From IMG/VR virus record IMGVR_UViG_3300026136_000008: a stretch of DNA of 64,000 nucleotides, one strand, 5' to 3'. Numbering within the stretch: position 1 is the first letter of the stretch; each line of letters starts with the position of its first letter. The notes beneath the pieces are model-generated. The model was not told the DNA's origin. It did no database searches and was given only the letters and a program-made list of their open reading frames with translations. Shown here one piece after another: positions 19,332-28,738 of this stretch. The position numbers and the translations under genes were made by a program. Source of the DNA: a virus.

Positions 19332-19987
19332 TAGTTATTCTTTAACCATTCTTGTGCAATTTTATTCTTTGGCATAGTCTTAGACCATTTAGCTATTTTA
19401 CCATATAATGGACGTGTAATAGACGGCGTCTTTTCCCAGTTTGAATTATCTACTTCGAAAAACAATTTACCAAACATTTTTTTGTATCTATCTTTATTTT
19501 TTGTAACACTTTTATGCATTGACGTTACCATATCGGCACCAAGACTTCTTGTTCTTTGTTTATCAGCTGCAATTGCAGAATATACATCTGTTGAAACATA
19601 TATCATAGCAACTTCATAACCCTTTGCTTCTAGCTCTTTCTTTTGAGTTCCAATTTTACCAACGTTTTTAGCAGTTCCATCAATAAGAAGGCCTAATCTG
19701 CCAATCTCAGCATGTCTTTGTTTAGAAGCAACATGTCTTTTTGCAACAGCTCTTGTTACATTTCTTTGAAATTCTTGTTTTTTATTGAATTCTAAATCTA
19801 AAAAAGCATCTTTCATATACTTTTCAAATTGAGTATCTGAATTAATTTCTTTATAGCCTAAAGTATTTAATACTAACAGTTCTGAAACTTTAGTCTTACC
19901 TGCTCCTGGAGAGCCAGCCATAAATATTGCGTGGAATATTGAGGGATCATTTCTTCCCTCTGATAGATAACCTTTAAGTGACTGCAT
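19331..19987 (-). CDS. P-loop kinase (zeta-toxin / AAA_33 / PNK-like)
   Basis: Walker A 'MAGSPGAGKT', 'INSD', 'LLIDGT'. Confidence 0.8.
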   Translation of the reverse strand: MQSLKGYLSEGRNDPSIFHAIFMAGSPGAGKTKVSELLVLNTLGYKEINSDTQFEKYMKDAFLDLEFNKKQEFQRNVTRAVAKRHVASKQRHAEIGRLGLLIDGTAKNVGKIGTQKKELEAKGYEVAMIYVSTDVYSAIAADKQRTRSLGADMVTSMHKSVTKNKDRYKKMFGKLFFEVDNSNWEKTPSITRPLYGKIAKWSKTMPKNKIAQEWLKNN

Positions 19988-20017
19988 TAAAACCCTTATA
20001 TAAATTCGATATAAAGG

Positions 20018-20025
20018 TATTTATA
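20018..20025 (-). promoter_or_regulatory. T4-type late promoter TATAAATA heading the 13049-19987 array
   Basis: Exact consensus in the intergenic gap, 30 nt upstream of the start. Confidence 0.8.
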
Positions 20026-20029
20026 ATAA

Positions 20030-20302
20030 TTACAAATTCTTTATAATTTTATTTAAATTCTTAATTTTGCTGTACTTCTTAAGTTTTTTTAACTTTGGTT
20101 CTACATTCTTCGTGATATTTTCTGTTGAAACATAGCCATAATAATCAAGTACGAGTATCATGGCCATTATATCACCGAGTTCCTGTTCTAATTCAGCCAC
20201 ATTATCTTCATCATATGGGCCAAATCTAATTAATTTTGAGTTAGCTTGTATTACTTCTGCACATTCTTCTGAGAGAATGGTCAGTGTTTCTTTTACGTTC
20301 AT
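20030..20302 (-). CDS. MazG-like nucleotide pyrophosphohydrolase
   Basis: 'EECAEVIQ....K' and 'ELGD'. Confidence 0.7.
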   Translation of the reverse strand: MNVKETLTILSEECAEVIQANSKLIRFGPYDEDNVAELEQELGDIMAMILVLDYYGYVSTENITKNVEPKLKKLKKYSKIKNLNKIIKNL

Positions 20303-20610
20303 TACTTTTTACCGAGTACATAGTCTTGCTTTGCCATCGCATCATCTAATATACTTTTGAGAATATCGCCAGCCGCTTCGTTAAACTCTTTCTCACCATG
20401 TGGATCATCACCCGGATAATCAACTATTTCATAATCAAAGTTTATCGACTGTGTTGTCTCGTTTAATTTAATTTCCATGTAGCGATATATAACACCATGG
20501 AATTTTCCACCTTCTAATCGTATATACCAATGGTCATCGTCTCTACCATGTTGGTCTACAAATGACCATCGATTAAATGGTATTTCTGTACCGTCTCTTC
20601 TTTTAGTCAT
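20302..20610 (-). CDS. Conserved hypothetical, possibly gp40-like head vertex assembly chaperone
   Basis: 'IRLEGGKFHGVIYRY...FDYEI' pattern; near gp41. Confidence 0.45.
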   Translation of the reverse strand: MTKRRDGTEIPFNRWSFVDQHGRDDDHWYIRLEGGKFHGVIYRYMEIKLNETTQSINFDYEIVDYPGDDPHGEKEFNEAAGDILKSILDDAMAKQDYVLGKK

Positions 20611-21053
20611 TATCTCTTAATAAAGTCAAGTTCGTACAAGTTACCTTCATACTCAAATCTAATAACTGAGTGTGAGTATTCATTCACAGTAGTAGACTTC
20701 TTACGTGTCTCAGTCTTACATACCATTGCTGTCGTAGTGCTATTCTTCTCAGCCTCATTTGCACCAATAGCTGCACCGATTACTGCACCAGGAACTTTAC
20801 CATTGTCTTCATCAATTACATCACCAACAACTGCACCAAAGATTGCTCCCCAAAATGCATTATTAATTAAGTCATCTTGGTTAGTTACTCTTTGTTGCTC
20901 ACATACTTCAACCGTATATGGTTCTAAATATACAACCTCATGATAATGATCTTTTATATTTGGTCTATCTGCAAAAGCAGTTGTAGCAAAAAGTACACCG
21001 ACTATTAAACTTATCCAAATTATTATTATTTTATTTTTCATGTTTTCCTTCAA
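20610..21053 (-). CDS. Exported glycine-zipper protein
   Basis: Signal peptide; 'GAIFGAVVG...GAVIGAAIG'. Confidence 0.75.
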   Translation of the reverse strand: MKENMKNKIIIIWISLIVGVLFATTAFADRPNIKDHYHEVVYLEPYTVEVCEQQRVTNQDDLINNAFWGAIFGAVVGDVIDEDNGKVPGAVIGAAIGANEAEKNSTTTAMVCKTETRKKSTTVNEYSHSVIRFEYEGNLYELDFIKR

Positions 21054-21315
21054 CTTTGTATGGGATAGTTTGTTTTTTATCTAAGTTTTGATAGATACCA
21101 ACTCTTGAATTTCTTTCCCAGCATTCAATAATATCATCACGAATATACTCTAATGGGGTTCCCGTAGGATATTCATGTTTCCAATTATGTGCCATTTTCA
21201 TAGCATTGTCACGGATAGTTTGAATTCTACGCTTCTCGTAGTATTCTTTTCTTCTAAATTCTATTCGATCCATGAACTTCTTCGAATAGCCTTGATTAAA
21301 TAACGTTTTAAGCAT
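21031..21315 (-). CDS. Hypothetical protein
   Basis: Likely start MLKTLF at 21315 with GAGG SD. Confidence 0.6.
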   Translation of the reverse strand: MLKTLFNQGYSKKFMDRIEFRRKEYYEKRRIQTIRDNAMKMAHNWKHEYPTGTPLEYIRDDIIECWERNSRVGIYQNLDKKQTIPYKVEGKHEK

Positions 21316-21442
21316 TTTGACACCTCTTACTGTTTGGATGACGTTTACATCTGAATGTGCCATGACTCATATGTTTCTTTGAAACTCTGTTTTTATTTGC
21401 ATCCCTACGCACTTTTACATGCGGTATTGCTGTCTTGCTCAT
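21308..21442 (-). CDS. Small basic protein (44 aa, not in ORF track)
   Basis: MSKTAIPHVKVRRDANKNRVSKKHMSHGTFRCKRHPNSKRCQNA; GGAGG SD; ATGA overlap with dCMP deaminase stop. Confidence 0.6.
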   Translation of the reverse strand: MSKTAIPHVKVRRDANKNRVSKKHMSHGTFRCKRHPNSKRCQNA

Positions 21443-21921
21443 TCTTCCTCCACGTCAATTAAATACATTACTTCAGCTTCTCTAAATAAAGCTTCAGCAG
21501 CCTTTGTTGATTTATCCCAATCAGAATTATATATCTTAGGTCTCGTAGCAACAACCTTTTTAATTCCGCATTGAATAATGCCTTTAGCGCATTCATTACA
21601 AATGGGTAAACCATATACATATAATGTTGCTCCATTTAAAGATACACCAGAAAGGCTAGCATTATATATAGCATTCATCTCTGCATGAACAACTAATTCA
21701 TACTTTTTTTCTTTATTAACCCATCTTTCTTCTGTATCACGTACTCTTCTCGGAAATCCATTATATCCTTGTGATAATACTTGACCATCTCTACCAATAA
21801 CTACTGCACCAACTTGAGTACTTGGGTCTTTAGACCATGTAGATATTTCCTTTGCTAATTTTGTATATCTATTTCCCCATTTTTGTGGTGAAATAGAATT
21901 TACATTTTGATAATTACTCAT
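21439..21921 (-). CDS. cd: dCMP deaminase
   Basis: 'SKDPSTQVGA', 'GYNG', 'HAEMNA', 'PICNEC'. Confidence 0.93.
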   Translation of the reverse strand: MSNYQNVNSISPQKWGNRYTKLAKEISTWSKDPSTQVGAVVIGRDGQVLSQGYNGFPRRVRDTEERWVNKEKKYELVVHAEMNAIYNASLSGVSLNGATLYVYGLPICNECAKGIIQCGIKKVVATRPKIYNSDWDKSTKAAEALFREAEVMYLIDVEEE

Positions 21922-23266
21922 AATTAAAATCCTCAAATTGATTTACTCTTTTAGGTGGCTCATCCCTTACATTTAGAGTTTGTGCTGTATCTTCTACATC
22001 GTATAGTCTCATCTTGGCTCTGTCAATTCCAAGTACAAACTTCTTGTTTCCACCTGTAGGATCATTATACCTATTCTTTAATTGTTTAACCATTATTTGG
22101 TTAAGATTCTCTAACTCTTCTGTAGATATAAGTGCAAACATAAGATCTGCCGTAGCAGGTAAACCAAATGATTCACTTGTATCTTCTAAGCCAACATCAG
22201 ATGATGCATAGCCTGAACGAGTAGTTTGTGTGGCCGTAACAATAGGTAAGTTATACTCTACTGCTAAGCCACGCAATTCTTCTGCAATTGCTTTGACCAT
22301 AATATATGAATTGATTGCACCACCCATAGATTTCATTCTTGATGAGGCACATATATTTAGATAGTCTATACAAATAAGATCAGGCGTGAAGTCACGTTTG
22401 ATCTTTAATTCTTTTAGTAATGCCCTAAAGTGAATAGAACTTGCAGCTCCTGTAGGATACTCTTTCACAATAAGTTTACCAATACCTTTGTCAGTAAGCT
22501 TATGCATCTTCTTATCAAACATATCCTTACTTAGATTCTCTAACTGGTCAATAGGCACATTCATAAGGTTAGCATCTATACGTTCTGCTATCCTTTCTTC
22601 TGCCATCTCCATAGTTATATATAACACATTTTTCATTTGTGTTAGGGCACCAGCTGCAACATGACACATGAATAAAGACTTACCTACACCTGTACCAGCC
22701 AAAGCAACATTAAGAGATTTCTTGACGAGACCACCTTTGGTGATTGTGTTAAACTTTTCTAAGTCAAATGGTAAGTGTTCCTCTTGCCTATGATAGAAAT
22801 CAAAACGATTATCAGAGTCATCAACATAATCGTGACCAACTCTCATATCAAAGTTTACACCTAATGCTTCACTCAATACAGATGGTAATGCATTCTTATC
22901 TAATGTATCATGTTTACCTTCAATAATATTAATTGAATCCATAATTGCTAAATAGATTGCTCGGTCTTGACACCATTTCTCTGTCTTTTCAACTAACCAT
23001 TCTTGAGTTCCTTCAGATTCTAGCTTACTAATTTCAGGTATAAGTGCAAGTGATTCATCAGTGATCCTTGGATTATTTTTTAATTCAATCGATAGTGCAT
23101 CAGCTGATGGTAGTTTATTAAACTTATTAACGAATGTAACAATCTCATTGAATACAGATCTGTATGGATCTTCAAAGTATACAGTTTTTAAATGAGGAAT
23201 AACCGTTCTGGTATAATCCTCATTCAACATTAAGTTACGAAGAATTAATGTTTCAATCTGCATCAT
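21914..23266 (-). CDS. gp41: Replicative DNA helicase gp41
   Basis: 'AGTGVGKS', 'IDYLNIC', 'SESFGLPATAD', 'KQLKNRY'. Confidence 0.97.
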   Translation of the reverse strand: MMQIETLILRNLMLNEDYTRTVIPHLKTVYFEDPYRSVFNEIVTFVNKFNKLPSADALSIELKNNPRITDESLALIPEISKLESEGTQEWLVEKTEKWCQDRAIYLAIMDSINIIEGKHDTLDKNALPSVLSEALGVNFDMRVGHDYVDDSDNRFDFYHRQEEHLPFDLEKFNTITKGGLVKKSLNVALAGTGVGKSLFMCHVAAGALTQMKNVLYITMEMAEERIAERIDANLMNVPIDQLENLSKDMFDKKMHKLTDKGIGKLIVKEYPTGAASSIHFRALLKELKIKRDFTPDLICIDYLNICASSRMKSMGGAINSYIMVKAIAEELRGLAVEYNLPIVTATQTTRSGYASSDVGLEDTSESFGLPATADLMFALISTEELENLNQIMVKQLKNRYNDPTGGNKKFVLGIDRAKMRLYDVEDTAQTLNVRDEPPKRVNQFEDFNYE

Positions 23267-24314
23267 CCCACCCTTCTTCTAGGTGTGACGTTTTAATCAT
23301 ATCGGCATGACCGACTTCATACTTACGTTTAAGATAATCTTTAAAATCTGTCTTTGCAAAAATAGCTGTCCAAAAAGATTCTTTAAGTGTTTCAGCAATA
23401 CGAACCTTTTTATCTTCTACTTCGCCAGTAGATCTGTCAACCTTTGAGTACCAACCATTAGATGGTTTAACTACATATCCACCTTCTATTGCTACATCTA
23501 ATAAGCCTGAATAAGATTCAATACCACCTTCCCATGTAACTGAAATAGGGATCTTAGACTTCTCACGGACAAACCTTGACTTTTCTACATTAATGACAAA
23601 GTTATATCCTGTAATTTCTGTTCCTTTCTTTTCCTGCTGGCGGCCAATGATCCAGATATTATCTGAGGAGTAGTAAATACCTGTACCACCTGATACGACC
23701 GCCTTCGGAAATAAGCCTATTTCTTGATATGTGTGGTTGACTGCTATCAATGGGATGTCTCTCATTGTTAGGTAGGGTGTTGTCATTCTAAATAGACCTT
23801 TGAGGGCTTTCGCTCTCGACATATCTGCTACTGACTTTTCATTCATAGCATCTTCAAGCTCCTTTTTCGAAGCTAGGTTGCCGACAGAGTCAATCATAAT
23901 AATGACTTTGTCATCGCGTTCGATATTCTCGAGCTGAGAAATTAGGTCAAACTTCAGCTCTTCTACATTAGTAATGGGACTATGTAGTACGCGGGAAGTA
24001 TCAATACCGAACGACTTAAAATATTGTTGCGGGCTACCAAACTCTGAATCATAGAATAACAAAACAGCATCTTCATACTTATCTAAGTATGCTGCAGCCA
24101 TGAGTAGTCCAAAACTAGTTTTGAAATGCTTACTTGGTCCTGCCAGTACTGTTAGTCCAGAACTCAGACCTCCGTCTGGGTCACCTGATAACGCAACATT
24201 AATCATAGGAACAGGTGTAGTCACCATATCCTTATTACTAAACAATTTACTTTTGTCAAGTTGAGAAGACTCTTTGATACGAGAGTTCTTCTGTAATTTA
24301 TCCATTATTCCCAT
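23253..24314 (-). CDS. uvsX: RecA-like recombinase UvsX
   Basis: 'AGPSKHFKT', 'YDSEFG', 'SGGTGIYYS'. Confidence 0.97.
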   Translation of the reverse strand: MGIMDKLQKNSRIKESSQLDKSKLFSNKDMVTTPVPMINVALSGDPDGGLSSGLTVLAGPSKHFKTSFGLLMAAAYLDKYEDAVLLFYDSEFGSPQQYFKSFGIDTSRVLHSPITNVEELKFDLISQLENIERDDKVIIMIDSVGNLASKKELEDAMNEKSVADMSRAKALKGLFRMTTPYLTMRDIPLIAVNHTYQEIGLFPKAVVSGGTGIYYSSDNIWIIGRQQEKKGTEITGYNFVINVEKSRFVREKSKIPISVTWEGGIESYSGLLDVAIEGGYVVKPSNGWYSKVDRSTGEVEDKKVRIAETLKESFWTAIFAKTDFKDYLKRKYEVGHADMIKTSHLEEGWDDAD

Positions 24315-24355
24315 TTATACTCCTTTGTTAATTTGATAGGTATATTATATCACAG

Positions 24356-25288
24356 TTATATTGGAAGTACATACTCTTGACCGAAATCTTTTCGCCTATA
24401 TACTTCTGGTGATATATGAACTGATGACATATTTTCCATCTTTTCTTTTGCAAATACTTCTGGATCCATGGTTAACCATTCTTCTGGATATGCGACCCTA
24501 GGTGTATCAGTTTTTTCAAATGTTTCAATTACACGTTCTAACTGAATAACTCTATCTTCACGACTACCCCAAAATGGTTTACCTTTATAATAACCAGTCT
24601 TTGGTAATCTTCTTCCTTCAAATTCTATCGGCCATGGAGTTGAATACTCTACCTCAAAAGGTAAGCTATCTCCAAATCTAAACCAGTCTATCCACATATC
24701 TCTTGGATCTATATTTAATCTGCAAAGATGATGTCTTATATCAATATTACCAAATGACATTGTGATACCTTTTAGATTATTGCATTTCCATATATGGTCT
24801 TTTATATATTGAAAATTAGATCTAAGTTGACCATTAAGTGTAAGACCATCTGTTTTAATCACCATGCTTCCTGGTGGGGCAAATGCTGCTGTATGAGAAT
24901 CACCAATTGTCAACCAAGTAGTGTCAAGATCTGTGGATAATAATGTTTTTGCAGACCAACATTTAGCTTGAACACGTCTACACCATTCTTTATCCTCAAC
25001 ATCTTTTCTCTTGGCTAGCATATTACCATACTCTGGCATATCCATGTCAAGTGAATAAACTTCATCAGCTGCTAAGAAATTATCTATACGTTGTTTAAGT
25101 TCTTCATTAAATCCACCGAATAGATTAAGACCACCACCAAAGTTTACTCCATGATCTACATAAATTACTTCAGCTGGGTTACCTTCGTGGTTAATACCTA
25201 CATTTAGATTCTCTGCCCATGTACGAGCCCAGCCATATCCATGGCTATTCTTTTTCTTCGGTATCTTATTAAATGTTCCTGTAATCAT
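24356..25288 (-). CDS. Hypothetical with SGNH/GDSL-like motifs in DNA modification cluster
   Basis: 'TIGDSH', 'FGNIDIRHH', C-terminal 'SVHISP'. Confidence 0.55.
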   Translation of the reverse strand: MITGTFNKIPKKKNSHGYGWARTWAENLNVGINHEGNPAEVIYVDHGVNFGGGLNLFGGFNEELKQRIDNFLAADEVYSLDMDMPEYGNMLAKRKDVEDKEWCRRVQAKCWSAKTLLSTDLDTTWLTIGDSHTAAFAPPGSMVIKTDGLTLNGQLRSNFQYIKDHIWKCNNLKGITMSFGNIDIRHHLCRLNIDPRDMWIDWFRFGDSLPFEVEYSTPWPIEFEGRRLPKTGYYKGKPFWGSREDRVIQLERVIETFEKTDTPRVAYPEEWLTMDPEVFAKEKMENMSSVHISPEVYRRKDFGQEYVLPI

Positions 25289-26169
25289 AAATCTTTATCC
25301 CATTTTCTATAGCTATCAGTTGTTTCATATAGTGTTTCATCTTGTAATACTGGTTCTTTACCTACATTCCAAAATAATATATCTTTATCAGAATTCTTAG
25401 GAATATATTTCCATACCTTACCATCGTAAGTATCTATGTTTGGAAATGGTGGTAAGTTCTCTTTACTCTCATGAGCCGTGAAAGCACGTGGCTCAGATAT
25501 AACCTTTGCTCTACCTAATTCACCAGCCTTCATATTTCTACTTACAGCCACAGAAACAAACTCTGCATTTGGCCAAGCTATCTGTAATCCACGAGTCAAT
25601 ACACCAGTTGATGTAGCAACCCATACTTGCTCAGGTTCTTTTATTTGACTTGCAACCTTTACAATTCCTGCTGTAACCATTCTATGCTTTAATCCTAATG
25701 GTACAAAAAATGCATTCTCTCTCTGATCTGCCCATTCCTTTGCTATCTTATTTAGATTAGGCATGGCAGCAATTCTATGAAAGCTAACCTCTGCACCTTG
25801 CTCTATACAACAAGCTTGGTGATGTGAGATCTTTTTAGATGATGGCATAAATAATCTTACAGATTTATTATGTCTCTTTGCTACATCTAATATACTTACA
25901 CCTGCCAAACCAGTTCTTGGCTGAACATAAACTATAGTGTCAATATGACGTGGAAGAGAACTAATAAGACAATCTCCACCTCGGACCTTCGATCCAACTA
26001 AATCATCATCTCTTACAACTCGAATACCTTCATGCTCAACAATACGTGGAGCTGGATTAGGATCAGTCCAAAACTGTGCAAGATCTAAGTAATATTCCTT
26101 TGCTTCCTCAGGTTGCATCATACCGATATCGATATTGAATCCGTCTTCTACATGTTTATTGTGTGGCAT
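25285..26169 (-). CDS. PLP-dependent enzyme, fold type II (ACC deaminase / TrpB-like)
   Basis: 'VVRDD..GSKVR' Schiff-base Lys, 'STGVL' phosphate loop, 'YDGKVW', 'LFWNVG'. Confidence 0.75.
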   Translation of the reverse strand: MPHNKHVEDGFNIDIGMMQPEEAKEYYLDLAQFWTDPNPAPRIVEHEGIRVVRDDDLVGSKVRGGDCLISSLPRHIDTIVYVQPRTGLAGVSILDVAKRHNKSVRLFMPSSKKISHHQACCIEQGAEVSFHRIAAMPNLNKIAKEWADQRENAFFVPLGLKHRMVTAGIVKVASQIKEPEQVWVATSTGVLTRGLQIAWPNAEFVSVAVSRNMKAGELGRAKVISEPRAFTAHESKENLPPFPNIDTYDGKVWKYIPKNSDKDILFWNVGKEPVLQDETLYETTDSYRKWDKDL

Positions 26170-27206
26170 TATATTGGTAGTGTATTAGTATTTGGTGGTG
26201 TACCTTGTCTTTGCTTCCAACCAGATACCCATCCGCTGTTATTAGTTATAGTACTAGGAATATGGTCAAATGTGCCGTTACCTCTTGGTACATAATTCTG
26301 ACCAAATCTTACAAAGTCACACATAACATCTTCAAGATCTTTTGGTCTACCGCCTGTACGTTCTCTTAATATATCCATAAACTCATCTGGCTTATATCCT
26401 GATGATAGCTTCTGCATACAACGAACAGCGTTGTTACCTAAGTAAGTGTGTGAATCTGGATCTACTGCTGTAGGAAAATAATCTGAACAGTCCATAGAGA
26501 ATGCTGCATATTGAAAATTAAACTTTCTATGTCCTGCTGATTTATTATATTCATTTAAATAATCAACAATTTGTTTGTGTGTCTTCATTTCTTTACCGTC
26601 TATCTTTTCATACAATAACCAATCAACAAATTTAAATATTAATGGTGGTAATTCTTTTGTCATGAAGTCTACATTTGTTGTGCCCTTCTTTGGAGCAGGT
26701 GGCTGGTTACCAATAGAAGTAAAGATTGGTCCTTCTTCTTTACGCTTTATTAGATCTTCACACATTTCTTTTATGCCATCCTTAGCAAACTGTGTACCCC
26801 AATATTGTATAATATTATTACGATATCCATGGTCATTCTCAAATGATGCACCAGAACCTGTAATACGATGACACATCATAACAAAAAACTGTGCAGATAA
26901 ACCCCATGTGATCTGATCATTCCATGTGTTAATCTCTCTACGTCTTTCGTTTTGCCATCTCCATTTAGGAGTCTTTGAACCAAGAAATAAATCTTGTAAT
27001 ACATTTGAAAAGCCAGCAGCATTTCTTGTATAACAATCATAGATGTCAATCTTCTGCATAAGAGGATCATTAATTTCTTTATTGGCTTCTGGTCCTTCGT
27101 AATCTAATGGACCCCAATTGACATTATCCTGAAGCCATTTAGCTCTTGGATAATAATAATTAACTAGCACATCAAGTGCTTCCTCATTTAACCACTGTTT
27201 AGGCAT
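26169..27206 (-). CDS. aGPT-Pplase-like / HhH-glycosylase-fold DNA base hypermodification protein
   Basis: C-terminal 'F.Y....D...DP.S..Y.G.NA' and 'DLEDVMCDFVRF' resemble the aGPT-Pplase 'E..LCE..KY' motif; cluster context. Confidence 0.6.
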   Translation of the reverse strand: MPKQWLNEEALDVLVNYYYPRAKWLQDNVNWGPLDYEGPEANKEINDPLMQKIDIYDCYTRNAAGFSNVLQDLFLGSKTPKWRWQNERRREINTWNDQITWGLSAQFFVMMCHRITGSGASFENDHGYRNNIIQYWGTQFAKDGIKEMCEDLIKRKEEGPIFTSIGNQPPAPKKGTTNVDFMTKELPPLIFKFVDWLLYEKIDGKEMKTHKQIVDYLNEYNKSAGHRKFNFQYAAFSMDCSDYFPTAVDPDSHTYLGNNAVRCMQKLSSGYKPDEFMDILRERTGGRPKDLEDVMCDFVRFGQNYVPRGNGTFDHIPSTITNNSGWVSGWKQRQGTPPNTNTLPI

Positions 27207-27888
27207 AATTTTTTGGTTTAATTAAATCAAAATGCTTTTCATAAACATGCAAGTTTTGCACTTGCCATATCATATTACCTACTTCTAAATCTAAATCATC
27301 TGCTAACTTATGCAGTACATACTGTTGCCATGCATAATCATTCTTATATCCGTATACTACATCATTAGATCTCATAGAAACTGAGCAATCTAATCTGCCA
27401 TGGCGGATATAATATGCAACTGAATTAGTACATATAAAATCGGAACAGCCATCTAAATCGTACTCATCCCATATAGATGGTCTTTGATAAATCATAAGAG
27501 CTCTACGACTAGTTGGATTTTCTTGTAATTCTTTTAAAACTTTATCATATTGATTGCCATTATCTTTATGCCAAATAAGATAGCCGTAGTTAGAATGTAT
27601 AAAGCCACCTTTAGATGCTGCATATTGCCATGCCGCTGGTGGAGCTTTACCGAATCCATATATGTCATTAATGTTTAAAGACATAGATTCATACCAGTCA
27701 ATTTCTTTTTTAATGTATTCTATATTAGGTGTACCAAATATGGCAGGTTCATCTGCTAAGAATGATGCACCGATTAATTCAATACATTTTACGCCAGTCT
27801 TATCTATAGTCTGACCGTAACCACCACCTTGCTTGGCACCAATGAAGTAGTCACGAACGTCAGTGACTTTATACGGACGTATCAACAT
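27199..27888 (-). CDS. gp42: dCMP hydroxymethylase (T4 gp42-like thymidylate synthase fold)
   Basis: 'DFICTN' catalytic Cys; 'MRSNDVVYGYKNDYAWQ' with Asp at the T4 D179 cytosine-specificity position; 'NLHVYEKHF'. Confidence 0.85.
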   Translation of the reverse strand: MLIRPYKVTDVRDYFIGAKQGGGYGQTIDKTGVKCIELIGASFLADEPAIFGTPNIEYIKKEIDWYESMSLNINDIYGFGKAPPAAWQYAASKGGFIHSNYGYLIWHKDNGNQYDKVLKELQENPTSRRALMIYQRPSIWDEYDLDGCSDFICTNSVAYYIRHGRLDCSVSMRSNDVVYGYKNDYAWQQYVLHKLADDLDLEVGNMIWQVQNLHVYEKHFDLIKPKNYA

Positions 27889-28216
27889 CGACTGTATTTG
27901 TTTTAGGATTATTGAGATAATCTAGGTTTGGATCTTGACCTTCCATCTTGCCACGAATATAAGCTACAGCAAATGATGCATAGTTAATAAGATCTTTGTA
28001 TGTGTCTTCGAGTGATTCAAAGTTATTGGCTTGACCGGATTCAAGTAAAGACTGAGCACGAAGCATTTTGCCATGCATAGTATCATGAATAGAATCTACA
28101 CCACGACGATAATGCATTGCTTGTTTTACTTGTGAATTTGGGTTTTGATAGTCTTCTGACTTTTTAGATTGAAGCTCTGCACATTCTTGCAGAACTATGA
28201 TTGATTCTTTTTGCAT
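27869..28216 (-). CDS. Nucleotide-modification-associated domain protein (DUF1599/Nmad-like)
   Basis: 'KKSEDY' and 'ESLEDTYKDLINYASF'. Confidence 0.7.
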   Translation of the reverse strand: MQKESIIVLQECAELQSKKSEDYQNPNSQVKQAMHYRRGVDSIHDTMHGKMLRAQSLLESGQANNFESLEDTYKDLINYASFAVAYIRGKMEGQDPNLDYLNNPKTNTVDVDTSV

Positions 28217-28255
28217 GTTTACTCCTCGATTGATATGTGTATATTATAACACAGT

Positions 28256-28738
28256 TTAGTTAGAAAGTACATAGTCTGTACCATTAAAATTATATTCTCT
28301 GCAGAATGTGTAGTCACCTGACTTTGGATCATAGAGATAAAAATAAACTATATCAGCTACATGGTATCCCCATTCTATTTTACGAACTAACAGATCACCT
28401 AACATAAACTTTATATTGTGTTCACCGCGTGTAACCTTTACTTCGATCTCACGTCCTTCTAAATCAAACACATCCATAAATCCATTAGGATTATCTGTGT
28501 ATCCACACTTGTCTATGAGATACAATTCTGCACATTGACCCATCATGCAATCCATTAATATCTGCTCACGAGTTCTATTGTTAGGATTCCAAGTGATCTT
28601 TTCAGATTCAGCTTTGGCCCTAGCGTATAATCTTTTCGGATCGATGTCCGTTTGGTTAAACGTTTCCGTATACAAATTCAATGGCACGATCTGCCTCCTT
28701 GTCAAATGGTCTGGTCTTATACCAGTTTCCGTTTTCAT
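28256..28738 (-). CDS. Putative PD-(D/E)xK nuclease
   Basis: 'G..AE', 'DV....GREIEVK'. Confidence 0.5.
   Translation of the reverse strand: MKTETGIRPDHLTRRQIVPLNLYTETFNQTDIDPKRLYARAKAESEKITWNPNNRTREQILMDCMMGQCAELYLIDKCGYTDNPNGFMDVFDLEGREIEVKVTRGEHNIKFMLGDLLVRKIEWGYHVADIVYFYLYDPKSGDYTFCREYNFNGTDYVLSN

Noticed and set aside
19331-19987. Zeta toxin-antitoxin module
   Set aside because: No epsilon-like antitoxin evident; late-array context and capsid-targeting-like N-terminus fit a packaged kinase better
27199-27888. Ordinary thymidylate synthase
   Set aside because: Asp instead of Asn at the base-specificity position, and T4 gp42-like motifs
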